Below are positions 38,783 through 49,002 of a DNA stretch of 64,000 bases, one piece after another; position 1 is the first letter of the stretch, and each line of letters begins with the position of its first letter. The notes beneath the pieces are model-generated. The model saw nothing but the letters and a program-made list of their open reading frames with translations. It did no database searches and had not been told where the DNA came from. The DNA is from Tubulanus polymorphus (Eukaryota > Animalia > Nemertea), in assembly GCF_964204645.1 (NCBI RefSeq), contig NC_134025.1, forward strand, positions 18,141,101 to 18,205,100. Direction: 5' to 3'. A program made the translations under genes and the position numbers.

Positions 38783-40282
38783 ATGGCAGAAGGTGGAGAA
38801 GATATTCCATTGGAAGGCATGGGAAATAATAATGAAGGATATATTGATGATGATTATATGACTGCTGATACTAATATTGATAATGATAATGAATCAGCAT
38901 ATAATTCTAATTTAGCAGATAGTGGTTCTAAAGCCCCATCAACAGAGGAATATGATAAAAGAACTATATCGGAAATAGCTGCTGAAAATTTAAATCCAGA
39001 TTTAGTAAAACAAAATTTAGAATATAATGAATATATTTATAATTTCAAACCTATATTTGAAAAATCTGGATATAATATAAATGATAAAGTTGCCAGATTT
39101 TTAGTAAAAAAATTAAAGTTTTTAGATGGTGAATATTATTATAGTTTGAAAGATGATTCGGATTATTGTATAAATATCTCTAATAAAAATGAAGACAAAA
39201 TAATAGCAAAATCAACTTTGCTTAAGTCTGACTCATTACTATCTAGAATTAAGAGAATAATAAATAGTAATGAAATAGAAGATGTAACACAAGAAGAAAT
39301 AAATCAAAATAAAAGAGTATTTAGACAAAGAATTAATAAATTATTTGAAACAATCAAAGATAATCCAGAAACAGAAACAACTTCTGAACAGAATAAAACT
39401 TCCAAAACTAGTAAACTTAAATCAAATAAAGTTCCAATTGAAAAACTTTTACCAAATGGATTACTTGATGCAACAGATCAACAATTAGAAGATTTAGATA
39501 TATTTTCTGATAAAGCAATTAGAGAAATTATTAGTATAAGACTTGCATCTGATAAAATTGCGCATGATAAAAGTATAAGACTTGCATCTGATAAAATTGC
39601 GCATGATAAAAGTATAAGAGATTTTAAAATTAGAACTTAGATAAGAACTGTTAAAATTAAAGAAATAGAACAACTAAAATTAGATAGAGATAATAAAGTT
39701 ATTGAAGAAATCGAATTTAAAAAAAGAAATGCATATTTAGAAAAAGAAAAAGATGATTTAGAATATAACATAGAATTACAAAAAGAAGAAATTAAATTAT
39801 CATTAAAATCATAAGATTATTATATTAATAGATTAAAAGATGTTTTTAAAAGATATCTAATAAAACCAAATTCTAAAATATCATTGAAAGATAGAATAAG
39901 ATTATTATTTAAGTTTGAAGGTATCACAATTCTTTCAATTCTAACAGCTGTAACTATGTTATTTACAACAATTGGTTTAGCTATATCAAATGCTTTGAAA
40001 TCTACTCCTACTCCCAATAAACCGGATAAACCCCCAGATAATAATTCTATACAAGATAAAGTTAAGGATGGTTTAAAGAAATTAGCAAAATATCTATGGG
40101 AACTATCAAAGATATCTGCTGCAGCATTGCCAGGAGTTATTGCATCAATTGTTGGTTTTATATTGAATTCTGCAGGAAACATTATTAACTTTGCTGCTGA
40201 ACATATTATTTTATTTTTAATTACAGTTGTAAGTGCAATTATTTTTGGGTTAGTAAATATGATATCAAAAAATATCAAGTAA
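38783..40282 (+). pseudogene. Large protein with variable acidic/coiled N-terminus and conserved amphipathic/hydrophobic C-terminus (putative membrane-active virion protein)
   Basis: ORFs 38783 and 39884 joined across stops; the C-terminus is near-identical to ORF 32947. Confidence 0.65.
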
Positions 40283-40321
40283 CCATGATAAAAAATAAAT
40301 AATTAATTTTTTGTTAAATAA

Positions 40322-41533
40322 ATGAGTGGGAGTTATATAAGTCCTTCTAAGAATCATAGAATATCTAATGCTATTAAAGCAGAAAGATCACATCATATAA
40401 TTACTCATAACCCTTCTAATATTAATACCGATGAAACTTTTTATGTTCCAAATAGTATTTATTTATCAGCCGATATAAAAGTAATCGGTAATAATAATAA
40501 TTATGTTGTTGATAATGTTGGAAGATATTTGATTAAAAAGTTAACAATAAAGATTGGTCCAGAAACAGTTTTCTCATTAGATGATTATAATTTATTTATG
40601 CATTATAAAGATTTATGGTTAACTAAAGAAAATAGAAATAATATGATATTTCAGGGTATTCAATCAGAAAACCAAAATAAATTAAGATCAGAAGCTAATA
40701 GCGCAATATTAACTAATGATGTAGATAAATTGATAAAAAGTATATATGGAAGCAAATATAAAATTCCATTAGACTTTGAATTGATAAATAATAATGCACC
40801 TTTATATAAATACGCAATTCAAGAAAACGTTATATTCGAAATTACATTTGCTCCTGTTAATGAAACTGTAATATCTAGCGTTAATAAAGATATGAGCTAT
40901 AAATTATCGAATATATGTTTAGAATATGATACAGTAACTGATGAAAATATTACAAGTATAATTCAAACTCAATACAATCAAGGATTTTCATTATTATATG
41001 ATTATATTGATAAATTTAAAACTGTAACTATTAATGCAAATGATGAAATTATTAATGAGAATATTAACTTCCCAAGAAGATCTATTAAAGGTATATTAAT
41101 ATTTTTTACCATTGCAACATATACTAATGGTGCAATGAATGTTGATAATTATTATAATCCTGAAATAACAAAAGTTGAAAAAACTATCGAAGGAATAGCA
41201 AATAAAATATTTTGCCAAGGAATGAGAATGATTGATCAATGGCCAGAAATTAGAAAACATTTTATGAATGAAAAAGTGAAATCATCTGAAAATTGTAATA
41301 TTAATCAAATTGATTATTATACCGGTAATAAATACGCATTATGGTTAGATTTTAGAACAACAGAGGATAATTCATTACGTGGTTCTGGAAAAAAACTACA
41401 GAACACTAAAGATGGAATACAATTATTCATGACAAAGAATAAAGGAATCAAAAATTTTAAAATGCACATTTATATTATATCTGACGCGCAATTAAATATT
41501 GTAAATTCTCAATTAAATAGTGTTATGTATTAA
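40322..41533 (+). CDS. Major capsid (hexon-like) protein, open frame with a 33-bp deletion
   Basis: 403-aa beta-rich protein (HIITHNPSNI, IPLDFEL, YKLSNICLEYD, KYALWLDFRT, DAQLNI) in a Polinton context. Confidence 0.82.
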   Translation: MSGSYISPSKNHRISNAIKAERSHHIITHNPSNINTDETFYVPNSIYLSADIKVIGNNNNYVVDNVGRYLIKKLTIKIGPETVFSLDDYNLFMHYKDLWLTKENRNNMIFQGIQSENQNKLRSEANSAILTNDVDKLIKSIYGSKYKIPLDFELINNNAPLYKYAIQENVIFEITFAPVNETVISSVNKDMSYKLSNICLEYDTVTDENITSIIQTQYNQGFSLLYDYIDKFKTVTINANDEIINENINFPRRSIKGILIFFTIATYTNGAMNVDNYYNPEITKVEKTIEGIANKIFCQGMRMIDQWPEIRKHFMNEKVKSSENCNINQIDYYTGNKYALWLDFRTTEDNSLRGSGKKLQNTKDGIQLFMTKNKGIKNFKMHIYIISDAQLNIVNSQLNSVMY

Positions 41534-41565
41534 AATTTTAACTTTTATACAAATATATATAATAA

Positions 41566-42414
41566 ATGGAAGGAGGTAAAGTATATAAACATATTCCATA
41601 CATCGATACACATGAAAATAATGATGGTTTATATTATGTAATACCTTGTAATATAGCTTTGATATTTGATCCTATTTTCAAAATTTATAAAACTAAACTA
41701 ATAGAAATCGATAATAATAAAAGTGAAGTTGTTGATAATTTAAGTAATGTAATTGATAATAATGTAATACCTTCTACATCTAATAATGTAATACCTACTA
41801 CATCTAATAATGTAATACCTACTACATCTAATAATGTAATACCTTCTACATCTAATAATGTAATACCTTCTACATCTAATAATGCAATAATATTAAATGT
41901 TAGTGAAAATAGAAATTATTGTGATTATTGTAAAGGTGAATTTTCAAACGCTCCATCAAATTGGAATAAACATATGAATACAAGGGTACATATAAATAAT
42001 GTAATAGATCGTGTTGGTTTAAAAGAATTTATAGAACACCCATTTAGATATGTTACAAAATTTGTTTCAAATGAAAAAGTAAATGGTAAAGAATTATATG
42101 AAGTTTTTTTATTAGCAACACCTAATAAAGATGAATTAGATTTAACCGATGCTAATAAAATATTAGGATCAAACACTGTAAATGAAATATTAGGAGCAAA
42201 CACTAAGAAAGATGATAATGAAAATACAGGAAAGCGCATTGATAATAAAGATTCTATGAAACTTAAATCAGAAAATAAAGATATAGTTGAGATGCCTAAT
42301 AAGTATATCAATAAACCAATTATTTATGAAGATACGGTAGAGCATTTGAATAAATTGTTAGGGTCTGATAGTGAAAGTGATTCAGAAAGTAATTATATAA
42401 CACTCAAAAAGTAA
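41566..42414 (+). CDS. Variable post-capsid ORF with NNVIP(S/T)TS x5 and a C2H2 finger
   Basis: 24-bp repeats at 41758-41883; YCDYC...HMNTRVH. Confidence 0.65.
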   Translation: MEGGKVYKHIPYIDTHENNDGLYYVIPCNIALIFDPIFKIYKTKLIEIDNNKSEVVDNLSNVIDNNVIPSTSNNVIPTTSNNVIPTTSNNVIPSTSNNVIPSTSNNAIILNVSENRNYCDYCKGEFSNAPSNWNKHMNTRVHINNVIDRVGLKEFIEHPFRYVTKFVSNEKVNGKELYEVFLLATPNKDELDLTDANKILGSNTVNEILGANTKKDDNENTGKRIDNKDSMKLKSENKDIVEMPNKYINKPIIYEDTVEHLNKLLGSDSESDSESNYITLKK

Positions 42415-42799
42415 TAAAGGTTGAAAATTGTATAAAATAATAGTAAATAAAAAAGGGGGTTTTAAGTATTAAGGTATTTAATACATATCTAATACGTATC
42501 TAATACGTATCTAATATGTATCTAATACATATTATTTGAAAATACCTTAAATTATATTTCTTTTTAAATTTATATTGAAACCTCAGTAATGATAAATAAC
42601 CTTTATTATTTTCAAACTTATTCATATATTGAAAATAAAAAATGAAAATAAATTGGTTGAAAATTGTATAAATAATATTTATTAGGGTATCTAATAGGGT
42701 ATCAGGTATTAGGTGGTATCAGGTATTAGGGTATCTAATAGGGTATCAGGTATTAGGGTATCTAATAGGGTATCTAATACATAGGTATTCAAATAGTTA

Positions 42800-43408
42800 T
42801 TTTATAAATTTATATTCATAGGGAAATTGTAGTCTCAGTAATAATTTTGAACCTTTATTATTCTTTAATTTATTCATTTATTCATCATGTAACTCAGTAG
42901 GTATAATTTGATTTTCTTCCAATGATTGTTGCATAGATTTTCTATCTTTGTTATAGAATAAAACTAGAAATCTTATATTCTCCCTAAAGTCTTTAACAAT
43001 TGAATTATATTTTTGATTTAAAACCCATGTTGTTATCCCAAAATGTCTTCTAGAGAAAGCTAAATAACATAACTCACTTTCTTTTACTTTTGAATCATGT
43101 AAATTTGCGCAATCATCTATAATGAATAATGTATTTGATCCTTTATAAGTATCAATTGCTATTTTTATACAATTATCTAAATTTTCTTTTACTGTTTTAG
43201 GATCTAATATAATAAACTTTTTCATCTTAACTATGTCTCTATTATATGTTTTATTCATTTCATAAGTAGGACAGAATAATATTATATTATCAAAATGATT
43301 CTTATAAATAGTTTCTAACAAATCTAATATGAAATGTGTTTTAACACAATTGGTTACACCAGTAACTAACATATTATGCGGTTCGAATATGAATAAATCT
43401 TTATTCAT
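42800..43408 (-). pseudogene. A32/FtsK-family DNA packaging ATPase
   Basis: Walker A GVTNCVKT (G>V compared with GVTNCGKT in the copy at 59770), Walker B FIIDD, RH motif, LNQKY; premature stop. Confidence 0.88.
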
Positions 43409-44504
43409 TTATTCTTTTAATTTTACTAGATAAAATCCATTCATTAAACTTATCATCATATCCTTTATATTTCACCAAAGAATACTTTTTTCCTTTAAGA
43501 GATTTTGTTTTCAATACTTTTTCTATTTTGTATTCTATTTCATCTGGATTTGGTACAAGTGATAATTCTTGTTCATAGAAATAACCTAATATTTCTTCAT
43601 CTTTTAGATCTTCTAGTTTATAAACAAAAGGTTTAGTTAATATTATCTTTTTAATTTTAAATATTTCTTCAGTAAAATTAGGGGTATAACCTTTATAAAA
43701 GGTTTTTCTATATTTAGATATTCTGACGTGTTGTCCAATTTTGAATCTAGGTTCACCGAAATCATGTGTAACAAATGCTCCATATAAATTATTCCAAACT
43801 ATTTCCGTATTATCTTCTTTTCTAGCTTGTATAGGTTTCATATTTATAGAACTATGTTTAGAATTATTATAACATTTCACTAAATCATCTAATATATTTA
43901 TAGCCTCATCGATATATTTATATGTTTCATTAGCAGTAAAATATTTCCACATTCTAGTTTTCAATGTTTTATTGAATCTTTCTATAATAGATGCTTTTTT
44001 ATCTGAATGTGTTGAAAAATAATCTACATCGTTATCAGATAATAGTTTTTTGAAATGTTTGTTATAGAATTCCTTACCTTCATCAAATTGTATCTTATCT
44101 GGAATTGCTTCTTAAAATATAGATTTAAAAGCATTTGTCACTTCTATTCCAGTTTTATTTTTGATTGGAATTGACCATGCGTATCGACTGAATATGTCTA
44201 TAACATTCAGTATCCAGAAATATCCTTTGTTGTGTTCTTCTAAGTTCTTCATGTCAATTAAATCTGCTTGCCATTGTTGATCGATATATGAAACCATAAC
44301 TTTTCTTGTTAAATAAGTTTTATCCATTTTCTTGTGGATTTGATATGTTGGTTGATTTTGTAACCATGATCTTAATTCACTATATTTTATATTACCATTT
44401 TCATTATCAGATTTAATTTTACTTCATAATTCTGAAACGTTAGAATATGATACTTCACTTTCTGGGTTATAATATAACTCTCTTAAATATTGTTCTTTTT
44501 TCAT
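43401..44504 (-). pseudogene. Retroviral-type DDE integrase with C-terminal chromodomain
   Basis: WQADLIDM, IDIFSRYAW, IQFDEGKEF, ASIIERFNKTLK, YNNSKHSSI, chromodomain YKIEKVL..LVKYKGYDDKFNEWI; internal stops. Confidence 0.92.
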
Positions 44505-44510
44505 CTTATT

Positions 44511-44882
44511 TTAATCCATTAATAATAATTTAGATTTAGTTTCAATGACTTTATGATTTGACTTATTTTCTGGTATGATAGGTTTATTATCATTGGAATC
44601 ATTATTGTTATAATCAGATTTATACTTATATTTATATATTACACCGGATAATATAATAATTGTGATTAACCCAATTGTAATATATAAGTAATTATTTCTT
44701 CCACTATTCGAAGAATCAGATGGATTATTATTTGAATTAATATCAGATAAAGTCTGTGATTCATTTATATCAGTTAATTTCTTTTTCTTAGCTTTTTTTA
44801 ATTCTGAAGATCTTTTTCCCAATTCCTTTGCCCATTTAATTTGTTTCTCGGATCTAGCCTTTTTCTTAACTCCATCACTCAT
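44511..44882 (-). CDS. Basic N-terminal, single-TM small protein
   Basis: Intact 123-aa ORF; homologue at 58591. Confidence 0.7.
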   Translation of the reverse strand: MSDGVKKKARSEKQIKWAKELGKRSSELKKAKKKKLTDINESQTLSDINSNNNPSDSSNSGRNNYLYITIGLITIIILSGVIYKYKYKSDYNNNDSNDNKPIIPENKSNHKVIETKSKLLLMD

Positions 44883-45477
44883 TTATTTTAGTTAATTTTT
44901 GTTCTGATTCATTTTCTGTTACGACGTTTGTTTGTAGTACATCTGTTTCGTTCTTACCTGATTTATATTCCATAGGCTTGATGTTCGAAAATGTTATGAC
45001 ACCAGTAGAAATTAATGTCATAACCGATCCTAATTGAAATGAAGCATAACCAACCCATTTTTGTAATTCAGTCATAACTAAATAGTCATTTTTCAAATCA
45101 CTATATAATTTATTTTCATCATCAATTGGTATTAACTGGTTACATAACTTAGAGTAACATTTGACAATACCATCTGCAATAGAATCATTTATTCTAGCTA
45201 ATCTTGCCTCTTAACAAATCTTAAAATATTTTATTACTTTATCTGGTTTCATAGAGTCTAGTTCTTGAAAAGTAATGATTCTGTTTAAAAACTCCTTAGA
45301 TTTTCCACCGGCAATCAATAGTTCTAGATGATGCTTACAATATAAGTAGTATTCATAATCAATATTGTTATTAACTTGAATAAAATCAGAAACAACTGTA
45401 TCTTTATTATCACTTATACCCAAATCATCTAATGTCTTTTCAATATCAATACTATTCTTATTAGATTTCTTTGACAT
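44875..45477 (-). pseudogene. Conserved unknown Polinton protein (MSKKS family)
   Basis: One stop; intact 195-aa homologue at 58011. Confidence 0.7.
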
Positions 45478-45705
45478 TTATATTAGAGAAAAAAAGCAAA
45501 AAAAAATATTATAAGTATTCTTCAAATGATACTAGTATCTCTTTAGATTAATACTAGCTTAGTTTAAGTTAAAGAATTCTAGTATTGGTTATTGTTTTTT
45601 TAGTATTTTTTATTTGTGATATAAAGTATTCTTTTTTTGAAAAGAAAATATTAAAAATATAATAGAATTCACTAGCTAGTTGAAGTTATTGTTTTTTAAT
45701 ATTTT

Positions 45706-46413
45706 TTATTTAAAATCTATTATTCTTGAACCACTCATTAAAGACTCAACGTATTGTTCATTATTTGGATCATTGTTCAATTGATCAATAAATTTCTTTG
45801 CCTTTGTTAACTGTTCTAAATATAACTGTAAATCTAGTTTATTAGATTTAATTATGTTTTCCTTCTTTTCTAAAGGTCTTAAATTCTTCCAATTCCAAAT
45901 AAGTTTTTTATTGTATTCATCATTCATGTTAAATTTAGTTATATAAAATAATGTTAATATTGTTAACACGTGATCAATATGGTAATAATCCCCATAATTA
46001 TCTATATTAATTTTATCATCGAATTGAAATATAATCCATGATTTGAAAAATTCATCTGAACAACCCAATAAATTAGATAGTGTTTCTGAATGTGTTTCTT
46101 CGTTGAATAATTGTGTTAATCTAGATCTTAAGCTTTGTTCCAATCTAAAATTAAGATCTGTTTGATATCTTTCTCTCATATATTCTGCCATATAATAATT
46201 ATAATGTTCTATATTATCTTCTCGGTATTGTTTGGTATATAGTTTAAAACAAGTTTTACAGCAATATTGAAAACCATCTTTGCTAATCTTACGCTTACTA
46301 AATTCTGTTGAAGCTAATTTATCTAATTCACATTTAGAACACTTCTTGTAGTATATATTTATAACACCAGTGTTATTTGTAATATTGATAATTTGTGGTT
46401 GTTCTGGTTCCAT
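45706..46413 (-). CDS. HNH endonuclease with N-terminal CxxC..CKxC zinc module (large-DNA-virus-like)
   Basis: KKCSKC..FSKRKISKDGFQYCCKTC; LLGCSDEFFKSWI; NYGDYYHIDHVL; WNWKNLRPLEKKENIIKSNK. Confidence 0.75.
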   Translation of the reverse strand: MEPEQPQIINITNNTGVINIYYKKCSKCELDKLASTEFSKRKISKDGFQYCCKTCFKLYTKQYREDNIEHYNYYMAEYMRERYQTDLNFRLEQSLRSRLTQLFNEETHSETLSNLLGCSDEFFKSWIIFQFDDKINIDNYGDYYHIDHVLTILTLFYITKFNMNDEYNKKLIWNWKNLRPLEKKENIIKSNKLDLQLYLEQLTKAKKFIDQLNNDPNNEQYVESLMSGSRIIDFK

Positions 46414-46549
46414 TTATTATACGTATTTTTTACTAAATTGGTTAATATTTTAGAATCCTCTTCCATTTCTTCGACCAACGTCATCCTTTTTCATTCCTCG
46501 CTGCTTTTGATAAGTTGTTTCGATTCCTTGATATCTAAATCATACCAGT

Positions 46550-47050
46550 TACAATACCCGCGTCACATGCGGACATACAGGCGCGCTTTTGCTTAATGCG
46601 CATGCGTTAATCATAATTATATATTCATTCTATAAATTCTGTAAAATAGAAACAACACATGCGTTACATGCGTTACATGCGGCCATGTATGGCCGGTTTG
46701 GATCAATGCACATGTGTTAATCATAATTATATATTCATTATGCAAATAGAAACAACTGAACATAGAAAATTCAAACGCATTCATGTTCTCGTTACATGCG
46801 TCACATGCGGCCATTTATGCGCGCTTTTGCTTAATGCGCATGCGCTAATCATAATTATATATTCATTCTGTAAAATAGAAACAACTGATCATAGAAAATT
46901 CAAACGCGTTCATGTCCGCGTCACATGCGTTACATGTGTCAGTCACATGCGGCCATTTATGGCCGGTTTTGCTTAATGCGCATGCGCTAATCATAATTAA
47001 ATATTCATTATGCAAATAGAAACGACCGAACATAGAACATTCACCAAGTA
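46550..47050. repeat. Irregular tandem array (~110-140-bp units) replacing PolB in copy P5
   Basis: Four copies of TAATGCGCATGCG(T/C)TAATCATAATTA...AATAGAAAC, plus TACATGCG subrepeats. Confidence 0.8.
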
Positions 47051-48020
47051 GATTTACACAATACATTATACAAGTTGTTCAGTCGTTTCTTCCAATACAT
47101 CATTTGATTTCTATAAATACAATTTATAATTACAAACTTTTTTCAATTGCTGGTAAATATTTAACTACATCAACAAATGTTAAACTTAATCATTGGAGTC
47201 TTAATGTTTTTGAAATTCTTAAATAGTTTCTTCGTCGATCTTTTGGCGATTCTTGTGTTTCTTGTGCTAATTTCTATTGGTTCGATATCCCCATTGCTGT
47301 TGATTCCTCAGTCAGAAACAGTATCTTGAGTTTCTCTATCACTTCTTGATGCGTATGGCGTTTTATTAATCTAAAAGATATTAGCGGCAACTCTAGCCAT
47401 CTAAAAGATATACTAAATACACTTAAATATATCTAAAGGTTTCATATTTAATAGCCCCAATAACTACAAAAAACAGTACTTACATTTAGATTTAGAATTG
47501 TAACCTATAAACTCTTAATTTCGTTTTGATAGATAGAATATCCTGAGCACAATGTTACAGCGTCTGTTCATTTCTTGCCACGTCATCTGGTTCCGGTTCT
47601 AGAGTGTTCTCTACACGTTTGTAATATTATGAGTCATATGTCTCGGCGTCATAGTAACAGCTGTAACAGCTGTGAATTTATAGATTTATTCCATAGCTCT
47701 TTACATGGAATGTATATAGGCTCAAATAGAATCATGTTCTAGTATAAACAGCTATGATTTATATCATGTATTATTTCAATCACACTTTAGTAACACTTTT
47801 AATGTTTAAAAATCTAACTCACACAAATATGAATATTGAAATAATGTTGTAAATATATCTATATATCTATTCTATAAGAGCCCACGCTTTACTCACACTT
47901 TTATATTGAATAATCTATCAATTTATATGTTATTCATATATATTTCATTCATGTATATAAATATTTTAAGAGTAATAGGGATAATAGGCTTTCATATTAA
48001 AGGTTGAAAGGGCTAGTGAG

Positions 48021-48189
48021 TAAAAAATGAAAAATATGAAAATAATGATAATTTCTATTTGAATTAGGAGTGAAACTCATATAAAATGAAAAATAAATTG
48101 GAGTGTGCGAGAATTATTTTTCATTTTATATGAGTTTCGCTACTAATTCAAATAGAAATTGTTATTATTTTCATATTTTTCATTTTTTA
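48021..48189. repeat. Long terminal hairpin (~78-bp arms, ~12-nt loop)
   Basis: 48021-48099 is the reverse complement of 48112-48189, with about 4 mismatches and 1 indel. Confidence 0.92.
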
Positions 48190-48209
48190 TGAGCTCGACC
48201 TTATGAGCT

Positions 48210-48313
<104 letters not shown>

Positions 48314-49002
48314 TGCGCTTATAGCGTAGAGCGGGGAATCCCTGCTGTACAGTGATACAATAGAGAACATGCGCGCTGTATTGTATTACCACTGACACGC
48401 GGTAATGTAAAATTGTCCCAATCATTACTAACTTGATAACTAACTTCATAACTAACGTGATGTAGTTAATTTCGCATCATAATAGCACCAGAGAACAAAC
48501 TTCGTAGGCCTAATTTTTAATACATTTTAATTACAATTTTAACATTCGATAATTAAATTGATAGGCAAAATTAATGCCAAAATTGTAGGCCTATATGTAA
48601 TTCTCACGGTCACTCAATGAATTTTTTTTTATGGTTAGTGTGCAATTAACACCATTACCAAGTTTTTTCTCAGTGTTTTTTTAATTTGAAGTAGTGATAG
48701 ACTTAAACCTTTTTTTTTCTACCTTATGTGACATTTTTTCTGGAGCGTGTGTATTATAATTTAAATCAAGTATAAGTGAATCTTGAAATTACAAGTATAT
48801 AGACACGATCACACGGATACGATTTTGCCCGGGTCAAATTGACACGGATCAGACTCGGACCTAATTTGGCCCGTGTTTAGAGAGCGCGCTAACATGCAAA
48901 CCATTTACTCGATAGTAAACAAAGCGAAGTGGGTCATTCATGGTACCAGTTCCAATTCAAACGCAATCATTTGTCTCGTGCTAAATCTGGCTCGGGCCTG
49001 GC

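Larger units (their letters stand above)
35140..48200. mobile_element. Polinton copy P5 (most complete: + strand structural module converging on - strand ATPase/integrase/HNH module; PolB deleted; terminal hairpin)
   Basis: Gene content as listed in the following features; subterminal repeats and hairpin at 47.8-48.2 kb. Confidence 0.9.
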
